Shown here: in pieces, positions 15,701 to 31,600 of the stretch
Layout of the letters: the number at the start of each line of letters is the position of its first letter
Numbering within the stretch: position 1 is the stretch's first letter
DNA from: Catajapyx aquilonaris
Lineage: Eukaryota
Reading direction: 5' to 3'
Assembly: GCA_000934665.2 (NCBI GenBank)
Contig: JYFJ02000087.1
Location: forward strand, 124,001 to 188,000
Length of the DNA stretch: 64,000 bases
Notes under the pieces: generated by a model
What the model saw: the letters and a program-made list of their open reading frames with translations, nothing else
Told to the model about the DNA's origin: nothing
Database searches by the model: none
Translations under genes and position numbers: made by a program

Positions 15701-18700
15701 ATGGAAAGACGATGCAGGGGCAAATGGAAATGGTGAGGGTGCGGAGGGCGAATTTAGTGAGTGTCAACATAGGGACAAAGCTTTCGCCCGCCGTCGCCTG
15801 TGCTTGATAAATAATTCCTTAGCACACTGTCAGCTGGCTCTTCCAATAGTGCGAAATCGATGACCAAATCCTGCTTACTACTTCATAATCCGCAGAAATT
15901 AGAGCACACACCGGGCATTTAATTATTGCTGAAAATAGACGGATGTTGGGAAACTTCTGATGCAGCTGGGATTCGGATAATACCGAACACTTAATTACAC
16001 GAGAAAATAATTTTGGGCACTATTTTTGTAAACAAGTTTCTGTTGAATAGTTGCAAAACTAAGCCTCGAGATTGAGGAACCAAATTCATGAGAAAGTGAC
16101 AGGAAACGAATGGAGACATGTCTCAGCTGCGGATGTCACATGAAACGCGATTATCATAATTTTTTGGGACGAATGTCGTGAGGAATGAGGTTTTTCTTCG
16201 TTATTGACGAGTGGGCGTCAAGTTGGGGGGAAAAAAAGGTTGGAGAATAAACCTGCACTTTGACAATGAAGTGGATGGAGTTGAATTAGGAAATGGAAAA
16301 AAAAAGAGAGTGGAAATTGGAAATGAGTTCTATTCTTTGCACCGCCAAGAAATAATTGAACCGTGGAATATGCATCTGAGCACCTGTGGCTGGAAAATTC
16401 TGCGTGTTCTATGCCATCAAAGTCTTGGGATGCAGCGAATCATCATGGAGGTTAGTTTTAAAAAATGGCAATAAGTATTTGGCATGTCACCAGACATAAT
16501 GCAGTGGAAATCTGGGTTGGAACAACTCGTTAAATCGACCCAATAATCGCACCAAGTACATAAATTGCTAAACACGTGCCAGTGTACAGTACCGTATAGT
16601 GCAGATCGCAACGCAGTATTCGCACTCTTTTATTCCATTCCCGGCAATAGAGATGGTCATTTGGGAAATCAAACTAGTACAAACGGTCTTCATACAGGTA
16701 GGGACAAATGGTTGCGAGCCCTGCAAATAACTAGCATTGTTACGTATATTGACTGGGGTGCCGAAATCAATTAATGAAAAAGTATTTTGTTCGAAAGGTG
16801 GAGCATATTTTTTTTGCACTTCGCGCTTTGTCAGCAGTTTAAATCGGACACATGTCAATTTTGGCAAGGTCAGATCTGTAGTCTAAACTCTAAAGGATCT
16901 GTTCAATTAGGATTGATTTTGCTGCAATTTTTAAAGTTGAAGTTGCTCCCAATAATAACAGATGACAATGTGAAATTATGTTTATGTTTTCTACAAGTAA
17001 TTTGTGAAATTATGGGCTTCATAAAACTCCATAAATTTTCATTCTTTAGTGGAACAACTAGGAATAAATGGAGTTGCCATTTTAATTTATGATTAGGAAC
17101 AACTGTTGAAACAGACGAGTGCAATCAAAATCAATCGTGGAAAATGGCTCTGCGTTACTGCAGACACTAGGTTGTGTCGCGGTCATTCTGAAGATAATGG
17201 ATCATGTAACAAGTTGCACCTTTAGCTGCAGAGATCATAACCCGAGCTGGGTTTAATCTTTGTCTCTACTGGAGCTGGTAATATTACTAGCCCCGAGCAT
17301 TAACGCGGAATCAAATTGATTGTTATTTCCACCTTCGTTTCCTATCCTTGGATATTGCGCATAGAAATGGAAATCCATATAATATGCATTCGCCATTATT
17401 AAACCGAATATTTATGACACTCTTTTTGTCGAACGTTGTGTATATGTTGGGTGCATGTGCCAGTGGCTTTACCAGAACCGGGCGGAAATGATCGGTGAGG
17501 ACTAATCACATTACTGCAGCCGTATAACCTGCGTTTTATTACGTGCAATTTTCTGAGGGATTAATGTAGCTTAGCTCTCACCCTTTTATTATTAGAAATT
17601 ATTGTGTGGATAATCAAACGGCCTGCAAATTCCTTCGCTGTTTTTAATCATGTGGAATATCTAAAAGGATGTGGTCATTTGTGAAACAAATTATCTGCAC
17701 CATCAGTGCCGGCGTTCAACAGAACTTACTGCAACTTTTCCGCCAATGTAACCGGTACGGATAGCGCGAATCGGGGAAACAAACCATGTGTTACACTATA
17801 GTGCGGTACAGAACTTCAATTCCGGTAATTGCATCATTAACGGATTTTGCAGCCAGATAATACAAGCGGCCAAAGCACACCAGAGACCGCGAATATGAAA
17901 TGTACTGTAAGTATACACTTCCTTAAACTTGCTCGTTAGTTAGCCAATTGACGGTCCCAATAGCAACTTGTTAATAATTATTCCAACTTGTCCCTCCCTG
18001 ATTTATTTATTGGCTAACCTGCAGAGAATTTCTGGATTATAGCTTTCTGGATATGTTCCGCATCTGCCACCACTGAGGGATCAGCTTCAGGTCACTGTAG
18101 CAACCTCATTAGGCTCCTTGCACTCGGCATATACCTGCCCTTGACGTTTGCTCCAAAGTGAAGTACGCCACAAATCACATTTTTGACCAAAGATGACATC
18201 AGAGATGAGCATATCATATATAGGATACGGGTATTCCAAAATGTTACATGTCGTCGCAGAAATGCAGTCCTGAAATTCACAAAATGAACTGCGACCTCAG
18301 GCTGTCCTTCTCTCACGTCAAAGCAACATCTGGTATGCATATATGCATACTGTATTGAAAAAAGAACATTTTTACGCTAATCCTACCCGCAATTCATAAT
18401 TTAGGAGCAATCCCCTGCCTTTTTAATAGACTTCCGTCAAACGAAGCGATTGTTGACTCTGATTTCGGCCCGGTTTTTTCGCCCCCTCCAAAACTCCGAA
18501 TGCGCTCTGGAAAGTTGGGATTGCCGTATTTGCAGGGCTCTAATGGTGGCAACCATCGCCTCGTGTCATTCAACATTCAACCTTTGAAACCAGTTTGCTA
18601 CTCTTCCTCTCCGAAACAGTTCTTTACAACCCACGGAGTGGCCAGCCGCGTACAAAAAATTCAATTAGCAAAAAAAAAAAAAATCCAGCTTTGTCGCAAA

Positions 18701-21700
18701 TGAAAGTATGGTGGTGTCCTTAAATCAAGTTTAACCGGGACATGAAGTGAATAATTTACATCTTTCCGCCTAGGTAGATGCTATGTAAAAGAGAAGGAGA
18801 GAGAACCACGCCCTACCCAAAGGGCCATTACCTCCATGACATCGCCTTTCCTGTGGGAAATCAATTCACGGAAGCCTATCCGACCTATTCAGGTTAACTT
18901 GGGAATCTAAGCTAGCGGCTTAGTATATAGGGACTAGGGCTATTCCGACGCTCCAAACGTCCAGGGTGGACTTTTAAAGCTCGGGTCATTTGTTAGCTGG
19001 ACTGTGGTCCGTGTAGAAAAGCCTTTTTCTTCGTAAGTGTGTGCGACACAACTCTGCACTCGGATTGTAAGTGAATGACTGAAATAAGTTGTCATAAAAG
19101 AGACGGACATGATGACCTAATTTTTGGGGGAGCTACAAAAATGTCAACGGGCAGATCGTAATTTTAATTAGCAAATCAGAAAATATTTCATGTCTTTGAA
19201 CCATAAAAAATAGGGCACATTTTTTTTCTTCATGTCTATAGAGTGTGTAAGGAGAGAGAAAATAATAGGTCCGTACATTACAAGGCAGCCTTGTCGAATA
19301 TAAAAATAATTTGACGGCTTTTTGATGACTTTCAAGTTTGAGAGTTGTTCAGGGCTTCACACATTTTCAAAACTCTCTCGGAACAAAGAACGTCTCCAGA
19401 ACAAATGTCAAAAAAGGGGGAAGTTCAGAGAATGGAAGCAGAATACCACTTCCATTAATTTTTCATAACGAGTTCTGTAAAAACAATTCCTAGTTCTTTC
19501 TATATAAAAAAAGACAGAGAACCGTTAGATCAATCAAAAACTTATGGATCAGGACAGACACATACTCATGTTACTTATAACATATTACGATCTAGAAAAG
19601 CCCCAATCCAAAAGAGATTCGGTAACTTTAAGAGTCAATCTCCCAAATCGGATCATTGCGGATTGAAAAGTACAGTTCCCGGATTACAAATTAAAGACAG
19701 TTGCAGCAGCACCAAAGCGTCGAAAAAATCAAAGTGCCCGCGGTTGATGCGAGCTGCATTAAAATTTTAAAATCGACCTAGAACCCCCAAAGTCTCACAG
19801 GTACGTACCAGAGGCTCCGACGGGAATTAATCCTCACTTTAGGAAAAACCTCGAAAGGATCAAACGAGCTTAAGTCGACTACTGCTGGCTCACGAAAGTT
19901 TGTATAGAAAAGGGGGCAAAATAGGCAGACGGATCGTCTCCCTTTTATTTGAACCTTGGTCCATCCGGATTTTCCATTGGTCAAGCCCCAAAAAATCGGA
20001 TTAAGGTGTATATGCAATTTTTTACTGCCAATGTCTTGTGTCGTAACAATCAATAAATCTCACTGAAATTGCTTCGGAAGCAAGAATGAGAGCAGGCTCC
20101 TTCTGCGAATCCCGCACACGCCGGATCTTCGTATCCAATTTAATCAAGCAATCTCACTAAATCACACTTGGCATGCAGAAGGCGCTGTAATTGTCTTTGT
20201 TCTAATCAATACCGAGTTATTTATGGCTCACCTAATACCAGGTTCTAGGGGGGGAGAAAATTTTACAAGTGGCCGGCTCTCGACTCTTGATCCCATCTTG
20301 ACATTTTCTTATCGGATCTTGAGCTGCTCATTATTATAGCAGTGAAGTGAAAATAGAAGTCAAAATTACAGCAGTAGCACACGTGTCGAGTTGAAGATTG
20401 GAAATTGCTCGTTTTTTTCTGGCATAAAATGGCGCAGTGTTCGGCTCGGAATGAGATGCACTTTGACCTAAACCAATGGTCAGAGTATTGGAATATGGAT
20501 TGCGATTTGGAAGGAGGTGGAGAAAAAAAAATCTGGTGGAGGAAAAGAAGGCCCAAATGGATTCTGGGTCAAAGGCTTACTGGCTGTTTCCGATTGCTCA
20601 GCAGTCGTCTCTGCGAAAAAGTGTCACCTCGGCGCGTTTTTTTTTTCGTCGATGCACTTTACTTGAAACCCGCAAGGATTTTTCCAGTCTATGAAAAAAG
20701 TGGAGGCGAAGAACATGATAGCGACGGAGTGAGGGAATGGACCTGGGGAATATGCTTCCAAGAGGAAAAATATTTATATGGTTGTGGGTTTTCAGGAAGA
20801 ATAAACGGTTTTCCTTCATCTTCTGGGTTCATTCATCCGCCTACTGTAACCTGGTGCTAAAATTAGTTTTTGGCTCAGATTTCGAATGGCAGGACCTCTG
20901 AATCATAATGAAACCCATTAGCAAAACATTTTCGCAACAGACGATTTCTCAATCCGAAAACTTTTGTTAAACGCATAACTTTCGCCAACTCTCATAAATT
21001 AAACCAAGAATTCATACAATACTTAACAAAGGAATGTAGTCACTAAACGCCTCAGCAGTATTCAGTGCGAAGCATTCTTTTTGAAGAGGAATGAAGTGGT
21101 AACCGCAGCTCCGAAAAGCGTTAATTTACGTAGAGGATGGTCCTCCTACAGAAGTGCTTCTCTCAAAGTCATTAGATTCGTTAGTGTGACGCAGCCTCTC
21201 GTTTTGGGAGAGCTTGGACTTGTAGAGATAGTGAGGTAGCGACCTGCGCGGGATTTTCATTCAGAGTCCTTGTCAGTTGCATCGGGTGAAGGAGGTCGAC
21301 GTGGGATTCACTGCCTCTGCCTAGGACCATCAGATATTAAACAGCAGTGGTGTCTGCACACTGGCGATAACATGTCTCATGCACCTTTCCTTGGTGGGCT
21401 GGGTTTGCCCTCGGTACAGGCCAATGATATGCAAACGCTGCATCTATAGAGGAACGCACTGATAAGAAAGCAGCCATGATAATAAAAATAAAGTCAAAAT
21501 ATCATGCATCGTATATTTTTCATACAGGGCAACGCATCGTAATTATTTTGGTGGATAAAACATTATTATTTCATTGAATGTCATTATGTTTGATTGATTC
21601 GGAGTGCATTGTCACATAATTTTAAATTTCTAATTATGACTCACGTGTTTAGTAATAAAACGGGTGTCATCAATATGTGTCAGTCTGGCTCATGCAGCGT

Positions 21701-24700
21701 TTGGGGGATTTGCGCCTCGTCATTACACAATGCAGGTTCACCCAACACAATGCAAGTTACCCGAAGATCATCTCTTCCTATTGCCTACATACGCTGCACG
21801 TACGGTACGAGTATAGTCTAAAAATTCGTTAAAAATTATTCTAAAAAGCGGTGCAAGTGGAATAAAAACTTCTGCGCAAAAAACGAGCTTCGTGGAATTA
21901 TGATGTATGATAATTTCGTAGAGATTATCTCTCAAAATGCTAATGTGATGAAACCTCATCTCACGAGCTAGACCAGTAAAATTGGATATTTCCGGATAGT
22001 AATTTTTTGAAGACGCTGCCGGAAAATCTTAAATACAATATCTGCTTTCTTAAAAATAATTATTCATATTCCATGTGCATAATGTGTGAAGAAGGTGTGG
22101 ATTGATCATCCAATCAATTTAAAGATAAGGAACCTTCTCCAGAAGTGAATGTCGCTTAATTATATTTTCCAATACATCTCGAAACTTCCCAGGAGCTTTT
22201 GGCTACTTTAAAACAAGACCACGTTGAACGATCCTCCACGACACGGTTTCGACGTCTGTGTTGTATGAACCGGCATACATTTGGTTGAGACAAGCGACGT
22301 GAAGAACTCCATTCATTGCAAACTCTACCAGACTGAAAGGCGCGGGACTCATGAATTGTAAACCAGGTTTTCCAGCGAGCAAGAGTGTGTTCGCCACTTC
22401 GCCAGTTCCCGACATTCAAATGATTTTCAATTGGCTATACGACGGGTCTGAACGATTTTACTAAAGGGTTTCTGTCGGTTAGTCGCAAGTTATGGCGGAA
22501 ATAAACAGGACGACATTATGAAGTTTCGTATAAAGATTTACTCAAGTAGGAAGAAACTAATATTTAGTTAGCATTTTCTATACACATTTTCTGTGCTCTT
22601 TGTCCAGCCTGGTTAAAAGCTTTCAATGTGTGCAGAGACATTGGGACATTTATATCACTTCCGGCTAGGTTAGTTGTAAGTTCATCCGGTTACGGTGAAA
22701 CAACGTAGAAGCCCGCAAGGCAGTGATCAAATTTTCATTTCCAAACCTGCGCCTCTTAAAATGTTGAAAGCTTCCATTGTTTTACTAGAATGTGGCAAAT
22801 TGGATCCTACATAATTTGCTGGTTTTACACACACAAAAAAAGGGGGACCGAAGTTCTCGAAAAGAGAATCCGCATGATCATCAATCATTTTCACAGGTTG
22901 AATACATCACGTGAACACAGCACCAGTTATGCCCTAAAATCTTAACAAGTTTTTGGAACTTTTCCCACTAAAGAAGTTTATAACTTATCTAGCGTGCGGC
23001 TGGCCATAAAAACCTGTCTATTTGATTTGTTGCCCTGCAAGCTTTGTATAAAAAGTTATCAACATTTTTGCGCAAAAAGTCGCTAGTAACAAGCATGGCA
23101 AATGCAAAGGTATATGTTGGGCTGAGTCGCTTCAATTGGTGGAAAATGTTGGGAAGAGCAGCAGTTGGCACAGCCCCGAGCCATTAAAGATTCAACAAAT
23201 GGCACCAGGCAGATAAGGAAAATATATCGACGGTTCAACTTCTACAATGACCGGATAATTACCTGATGATCCGTCGAATGTAATCGAGTTGAAGCCTCGC
23301 GGCCTTATCATCAATCCTTGCCTTTCACATTTCTACTGCGCAGTGTACTTTACATCGCTCTTGAAAACGGTACAGAAATTATCCGGATTACATATCCATA
23401 CAGCCAATAAACCAAAGTTAATGTTACATGAAATAATTATTAAATATCTTACCTCGGCGTTTCAGTGCGGAAATGGCGTTAAAATGCCAAGTCAGCTTGA
23501 TAAATTATTTTGTAATTACTGCATGTCTAATTACGTACATATTTCAAGGAGTACTGTAGACAGTGGGTTCACACGAGGCTAATTGTTTACATAATGAGTA
23601 TACTAATGTGCATAATTTAGTTAGCCGTACTTGCCCTCAGAGCCTATGCTGCACATATGGATTTCGGCAAGTCGGGAAAGTTCTTACGAACACCAATCTA
23701 TAACTGATGCTCAGAAAAAATGCTTTGCTGCTGCTCAAGATTTTCATTTATTACACTTTTGATCTTTGACACCAATAAAGCTACTTGCATAAATCTCAAC
23801 AATTTTTCTTGTCCTCTCAATGGGGAAAAACATGACAAAAAATTGTGCTTTCAACCCCGCCTTAATATTCAGCGGCGTTAATACGGACCCGACGCTACCA
23901 CAAACAAGACCAGGGGGGTACTAGGATGTAAATACGTTAAAACGAAGTTAATTATATGCCACATGAGAGTGCGGTTAGCAGTTGCCCAGTAGTGAAACCC
24001 CACGCAGCAACATGGGGCGGAAACGAAATAAATGTCTGCCCGGACGGATTGGCCCTCCAGGCAAAAGGAAAATCACAGTTTCGCCATCACATTCCTCGCT
24101 TCTCGTCATTTTTTCGCCAGGTTTTTAATGACTCTAAACGGTCACATTTGCATTACACACTCCGAAATATTCTGCATGTGGACTCAATTTATGGAACTTT
24201 GCTGAATATTAGAAAATTGTCAATATAAACTAATTGATAAAGCTACTGATAAATAGCTAATATTTTTGCTACGATTTTAAATAGATTGGATGAACTTTCT
24301 CCCAAAAATTATTCAGAATGGCCACCGATGACTTAGAGGGCACATTTTTCACTCCTACGTTCTTAAATTCGGCATCCGGACTCTGTACATTTTCAAATTA
24401 GCGCATTGTGCATATTGGCAGGGGACCTGTGGGGTTCGTGGCAACAAAAGGGCATCCCCTACACGAGGTCCATTTGTGTCTGCGGTGCGGAAAAAGCTCT
24501 CGAGAGATTACTCACATTTGTGCTCCGAATAAAAACCAGGAAAATGTAGGGTAATTTCATATGGCCCATTAATTTGCATACTCCTCATAGGAATATACTG
24601 GCCTAAATGACACCCAAAAAATCAAGCTTCGATTGCAACGTAGTACAAAGAACCTTTTTCTATGACGGAAATTGGAAAAAAGAACTCTCCGGAAATGTGA

Positions 24701-27010
24701 TTTCGAAATAGATTCTTTCGAATTAGTACCTTGACATTTTGGGTCTCGTGTTAAGACCAAAGTAAATTCATGCATGTAGTAGAGATAGGCCCGGACTAAA
24801 TTATTCGAGGGCAACCTCAAACGCCTGCACGTCGTCCCCGGAAGTTAGAAGTAGATAAAACAAGCCTGCGGGGAAAGGGTAAGGAAGGAGGGAGCACTAA
24901 ATTTAAAAGCCTGGAAGCGTCCTGCTTACCTGGGGCACACGTTTATGGCCGGTTCAACCACACCGGGAAAAAAGGAGCTTCTCTACCTCCAAAGAGGGTC
25001 TTTTTACGATCCAGTACACAAGTTTCCTTCCTGTTTTATTTAAAGGATGTCGGAGTGTAGCGTGATGCATCAATGGGGGACACCAGGGCTGTTCATGGGG
25101 ATTTTTGGAACATTTTAGTCTTGAAAGGTCAAGTGTTCTAATTTTGGCCTCCGACAGTAATTTACCTGCATGTAATCTATAGTACAGCTAATAATTATTA
25201 TGAATGCACGGACTGGAGTATAACATTGGCCTGAAAAAATTGGGTTTATCCCTTGACTTAAGTTTAGCATCCAATGGCTTCTCCGATCAGTGTTCAGTTC
25301 AGTCCCAATATTGCAGGTTCCGGAGAATATTTCAAAGGAAAGGATACCCTTCGTTCACGTAATATTAGCAATAAGCTCTCTCCTAAAATGTAATTTTTTT
25401 CTACCAAAAATAAGCTTAGACCCAACATATTGATGACAAAAATATGCGTTGGAATACATTAGCATGCATTATGCATCATATTATTTTACTCTGCAGTACC
25501 CTGTAATGGAGTGTACGGCTCTATAGAGCGGATACACTCCCGGTATACTGTATAATGATGTTTTGACCATCCGTCATGTAAACATGACTGTCAAGTGTTA
25601 TGTAACAATACATTGTGCCCTAAGGCTGAATCCTCTAATGGAGTTGGTGCGCTTCAATTACGTGAAGTCGCGAAACAGGGTTTGGCATATGAGAATGTTT
25701 GGAATGCGCATATGAAAGTGCACCTCATACTGCAGAAAATGGAATGCGATGCCAATAGGACCCGAATGACAATATAACACAACGTGAACACAGGAGCCTA
25801 AGGCATAAAAGGCCTCTGCAGCAGACGAGCTGGCACGTGTTTTATTTCTCATCGCCGAATGCAATATCCTACAGCACTTTGCAAGCCCCTACGCTTTGCA
25901 TATTTGCACATTACACGTGGCTGCATTCGTCCGGATCTGTACCGGCTGGGCATAAGCAGTAATATTCAGGTATAAGGTATCCTGAGGCTATGCAACTTTC
26001 AGTGCTCTTTTTTTTTACCTTATCGAGTTCGCCATGACATGTTTGGCCGAAACATTTATTGGGGTATGTATGAAGCCGAATGTGACCATGGATGGTTTCA
26101 TGTATGCGTGAAATGCAATCGAAAGTCATCACAGGAACTTTTGCACCTCGGCACAGTCCACAAACTCTGCTCAAACAAAAAGGGCAGCCTTATCGACTCA
26201 CTTCTTCGACAAGGTGTGAGTGTCAGGGAGTGGTGGAAGCGGTTATTGGAGGATTGACTTTCACATTCTGAAACTCCGAAGCTTCAAAGAGAAGGCGGCC
26301 ATTCTCGCACTCTTGGCACTCCATGGCTGGGGCCGCGGTAATAATCAGGGCGCGTTTTCTGAAGTTAAGTTGCTTGTTTTCTACGAGCACAAACTCGCCA
26401 AATGAACGATAAAAAATTTTATTGCACCATTTACTGCCATGTCAAGCACTGATATCCACCATGTCGTTATTGGCTTTCGAGTTTTCTCGTGTCTATAGTA
26501 CCGAACGTGTACGTGGGCATATTAATGTTAGTTCGGATGTTTGCCAATTATTCAATCAAGGCAGGTAATGAATTTAGGGCTGATTTATTTGTTAGAACAG
26601 GCTTTGTTTGCTCCCTATGTGCATGCATCTAAAACCTCGCATGAAAACACTGCATAGATTCAGTTGACTTGTGTCTTAAGGGGCCTGTTTCCAGCAGCAT
26701 AACTTCAGTGGGAAATGTTTTGAACCCTATACGAGCGAGGAAAAGAGCATCTAGGCGACAACAATTAAAACTAAAATCCCAGGCTTCTGAAATTTCTCTC
26801 CGCTCATTACGCAACACTCATCGTCAGTTTAGATCGCATAATAGTACTTAAGTGCCACACAATGCTGGAGCTTGATTGCGTCTGTGTTACACAACTCTAG
26901 CTGGTTTACCTTTGAGCCACCCAACTTCCAGTGGTTCAGGATAAATTTTCTTGGAATCGTAGGTGACCTTAGCTGCAGTCCTTAGTGCTATAGTGGTCCC
27001 CAGCCCCAAC

Positions 27011-27167
27011 TCAGTCCCGAGGTTCGTTAGTTCAGTTCGGCAGGAAAGTTTCACAGTTGTTGGTGAGCAAAACCTGATAAATTCAAAGCATGCATCCCTA
27101 TTTGCAGGATGGAAGAGACGACGCGACGCGACGGCGTAAATTAAGAAGCTTAGAGATATTGGTCACT
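27011..27167 (+). promoter_or_regulatory. Candidate first exon/TSS of the downstream GPCR
   Basis: Insect Inr-like TCAGTC/TCAGTT at 27011 and 27032. ATG 27090 opens 26 codons up to a strong donor ACT|gtgagt at 27168, phase 0, compatible with the exon at 36334. Confidence 0.35.
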
Positions 27168-28564
27168 GTGAGTGAAAATCACGATGAAAACACAAAAGGC
27201 AAATTGTGGATGGTCGAAATACCGTCTCTACAATAATATTATATCATTAGACGAGGGATTTAACTGCGTATTATGAATAATCGTTCCTCTTCCCACCCAC
27301 CAGAGGCGCTGTCTCATCCCATTGCGCAGGCGCAAATTAACACAGAGGCATAAACTGACACCGTACTCCTCTAAAGTGTGCAGTCAGCGTGTTACACCCT
27401 TTCAAATAATAACCGGGTATTCAAGTAGACACCATCTATTAGCTCTGGAGCGATTCTGCGAGCAATGTTGACTTTGATTGAGAAGCGGGTTAAAAATACA
27501 CCAGGGTGCACCAGGGTCTCGAGTCCAATCCGCGACAAGCAGGAATTCTGCTAAGATCCCGAGAGAAGATCCTCCCCCCCCCCCTCCTCCCAAGCAGTAG
27601 TTTAGAATTGGAAAAAAGGAAAGGGTTTTTTTGAAGAGGGCTTTTTGGAGTGCGGTGAGGCGTGGTCTCGAATGCCACTGGGAGATAGATAGATCTATCT
27701 CTCCGACGAACCAAGGACACGCGAGCCCATCTTTTTTGCGTCTTCTCGCACACATTCGCAGATATTTGCTCTCTTCTCAGCAGAAGCACTCGCAGGGTTT
27801 CATCATCTTGGGTTTCGCAAAATATCAAATGATTGCATTTCCGATGGAAAACCGAGTTTACAGCACCACTTTTCTTGCCCTCATAATACGCATGGGAGCC
27901 CTCCCGCAGCCACACAGTTGCAGGTTCCAATAATTAGTTCCATGGAATGGGCTTATCGATATACGAAGGGGTTTCTTTCATATCCTGAGAAATTATTCGT
28001 TTTAATCAATTCTGACAATGAGAAGAGACTTTTGTATGGTTCGTGCTGCCATTGTTCTTCCTGGTGTGGGAGTCTCTGCTGGGTGCTTAATTATGCACAA
28101 GTTCTGCTTTCTCATTTGTCCAATAACCCAAAAATTATTAAATATTCAGAAACCTTGCCGTACCATACGGTTCCTAATATAAATTGGACCACAAAATTTG
28201 CTAGAGTCTAATATTTCTATGCATGCAAAGCAGCAAAAGCCACAGCAAAAGGTGGTAATTTCAGGTTGCAATAATGATGTCACTGATGGAATTGTAACTC
28301 CGGCTTATTCCCATGTACGGTACTACCTTATTTGACAAAAAGTATACGCAATTGTCATAAAAAACTGGTTGAAAACTGATTTGAGCCTTACCACAGAACT
28401 CTTCATATTACTGTTAAGTGAAGAATATACCATAATCTTGGGTTACTCATCAACTTTTTATTAGTGATTGAGAAAATATGAAAGCCAGCATAATTAATAT
28501 CTGATACACTTTCATTAAATTATTAAATTATGCTATCTGCCCAACAGGATCCATAAACAAGGTT

Positions 28565-28675
28565 AATGTCCTGCCGATGCTATTTTATGCTATCTGCTCA
28601 ATGTCCTGCCCATGCTGTTTTATGCTATCTGCCCAGTGTCCTGCACATGTTGTTTGATGCCATCTGCCCAATGTG
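28565..28675. repeat. Minisatellite, about 3 copies of a 35-bp unit
   Basis: aatgtcctgccgatgctattttatgctatctgctc-like units start at 28565, 28600 and 28635, with a partial unit at 28670. Confidence 0.8.
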
Positions 28676-31600
28676 TCTCAGGGATATGGCAACTAGCTTT
28701 TGTAGCTATTTGCAAGTGACCTCTAACATATAGCACTATTATAATGTAATTTGTATATGGCAATTTGTCCGACAACTTTAAAAACCGTGTTTGCAACTAT
28801 CCATTAAATCAAATTAATTAAACAAAAAAAATCTAGATTTTCGCAATAATATCATGCTTTAAAAACCAATCCCTTTCTCTTCAAATTGATTAGCTAAATT
28901 CGGATATGGACTGTCGACTTATAAGTTAAGATTTGGATGATTATTTTTAATTTGGAGAAAGATTCTTGTAAAGGACACCACACTTCTCATGCGGAAGCTA
29001 GGATTAACGTGCCAGAAAAATACATAAAGATAAAGAGCAATAATCCTGGCTAGTTATATACATCAGACAAACTATTCAAGTAAAGCTCCAAGATAATAGA
29101 TGAACCTTTTAAGCGAGTAGGTGTGTTCCGCGCTAGTAATCTTTCCAACGTGAAAATCCTCCGCCTGGAACATTTTTTTCTTCGGAGAGATGGATTACAA
29201 AGAATTTCTCTGTCGGAGACAACGCTCATTTAGCAGCAGCCTACCCCGACCAACAAAAAATTTATGTCATTCAAAAAAGAGATGAATGGAGCGGAAATTC
29301 GAACCCGCTCTGAATTTATTGCCGTCAAGTCGATAATCCTTTGCACTGCTCGGAATAATATTCGCAGATCAGGTGAATGGAATAAACCCCTTTTTAAAGG
29401 GAGAGTTAATAAAAAAATTGCATTAAAATCAGGAAGAATCACTGCATATTTAATTCAATATGCACGATTCACAATTCGTCAGTTCATTAATGTCACTTAA
29501 AGTTTACTAATGATCGGCACATATTAATTAACACCTTCTTAATGCGAGTGAATTTTTAAATGAAGTCAGCAGCCTGCCACCATTTTCACAGACGTTTTTC
29601 CAGCTCTGGTTTCACTCATGGCCTGTGCTTTGACCAACACTGCAACATGAGAAGTTTTAGGTGTTCATTTCTTCACCTGCAGTCACTAAGCCACAGTAAT
29701 GAAGCATTACCGGTGATTTCAGTTGAGAATATGCAGTCCTTCTTTTGGCACAGCAGGATCCTAATAATTTCCAAAATTATGGCATCATAAATCTAAGCCG
29801 TAATAATGGCCATAAATAGCTGGGCACTGAAATGGCAGCATTAAATTTTCATAACAGGACGAATTCATTTTCAGAAAATTCCGCTACCGTTGCCTCGGGA
29901 CGGAAGAAACACGGAAAATGCATCTGTCAGAAGTGACGAATATTGTGCGACATAACTCTGGAAATCCTCAGTTGAGTGGTACCACGCACATGATTTGCAT
30001 AACACAATGCCTTCTGTATCACAGGGTTAACAACATTCGCATTTTTAATTACTGGATATGGCAGTACATTACAAGCCTAAATATAAATTTTTAAAGAAAC
30101 GCATCATGCATACACGTTACTTCTCATAAAGTGCCTGGAAATTCTTCTGACATTTCCCTTTGAACTGATGATTTTTTTTTTTCATTTTCACAGTATTAAG
30201 ACGCACTGTAGCACATGAGTCACTGCACTTTTCGCAATCATACTGCTCCTGGCAAAATTCCCTCCAAAAAAAAACAGTAGAAAAGCAACTGTGGCCAAGT
30301 CAAGTGCGCGAGATGATGAGAGGGATAAAAAGAGGATGGAAAAAGGTCGAGCGCAAACATTCGACTTCCTTGATGGCAATTAAAGAGGCCTGTTTGCTTT
30401 CTAACAGTTGACGGACGGCAGGAAAATTAAAGTTTTAGCTAGATCGGGAGGAAATCCTTTTGATGTCGGAAGTTGCGCCTGGAAGTGGCAATATGTTCCC
30501 CAAAATTGTGTTCTTACTTTACTCTCCCAGCTATACTTTCCCCATATATTATTCATACCCAGACTCACCTCCTTTGCCTCAGCCGACTAGTTTCCCGCAA
30601 GAATCGAGTAATTAATTTTTTCCCCATCCTAAATTCAGCTAGCGATTTCTAATGCATTTTCAATCGATTTCAATTCCGGCTGACATGTCCACTTGAATCT
30701 GAGAAATGGCGAAGATGCCCTTGACTCTATACTTCGAAGTGTGACAACAATGGTTACAACTTACAAAAATCAGCCAAAAAATGCGCCATACTTTCAGTTG
30801 GGAATTTCTGCAGAATTAGTGCAAAGACATACAAATCCTGGCATAAGACGTAATTCCCTAAGCAACTAGAGAGGCTCAGGTAGACAGGATCTTGTCCGGT
30901 AGATGCAAGGAAGGTCTCTCGAGACTTTCCGAGCAGTTGACTAATAAACGGCGAAGGATACTTAATTAGCTGAAAGGACTCGGAGATAACAATGGTGAGC
31001 CCCAAATCTGTCTCTCCTGCTGCTTACAAGAGAAGGGGGTTACAAGGGGCGGGTTGCAGGGAACGTTTGGACAAAGATCCCTCATAAATTGCGTTTATGC
31101 GGTTGACATTGCGGGGCGATAAAACGGGGGACCTATTGAACGTGCGTCTCAATCAAGAGTGTGGAAGGTTCAATATTGAATTTCATCTATAAAAACAGCT
31201 GCAGCAACCAAGTGGCTGACACAAACCCCTTGCTGCAAGTTGCAGTCAAACATGCTATGAATTTTCAATGAAGTTGAAGCGAACATAGTGTGTGTTTTGT
31301 TCCCCACATATTCAGACTGTATGTGTATCATAGTATATATCATTTTAATAGCCTGCTTTGTAAGCCTTAGGTGCTTCAGTATAATATAATGGGAAATAGA
31401 TTATGAATATGTCTCAGTATAGTAGCCGTAAGGCAACTTTCATATTATCGGTCCATATATGGATGAAATGGTAATCCTATATATGTCGATGTAGCGTACG
31501 TAATTTCATAATAATTAAGCTCGCTTAAAAATTCGTCGGTTTTTGGCTCAACACGCAGTAATATTTTGGTCTGAGGGCATCAATAATTGACTTACTATCG

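Noticed and set aside
26039..26257. PHD-finger-like CDHGWFHVCV
   Set aside because: Cys/His spacing is incomplete and there is no exon context; at most a transposon relic.
28565..28675. CRISPR-like periodicity
   Set aside because: Head-to-tail minisatellite without unique spacers, in eukaryotic DNA with no cas genes.
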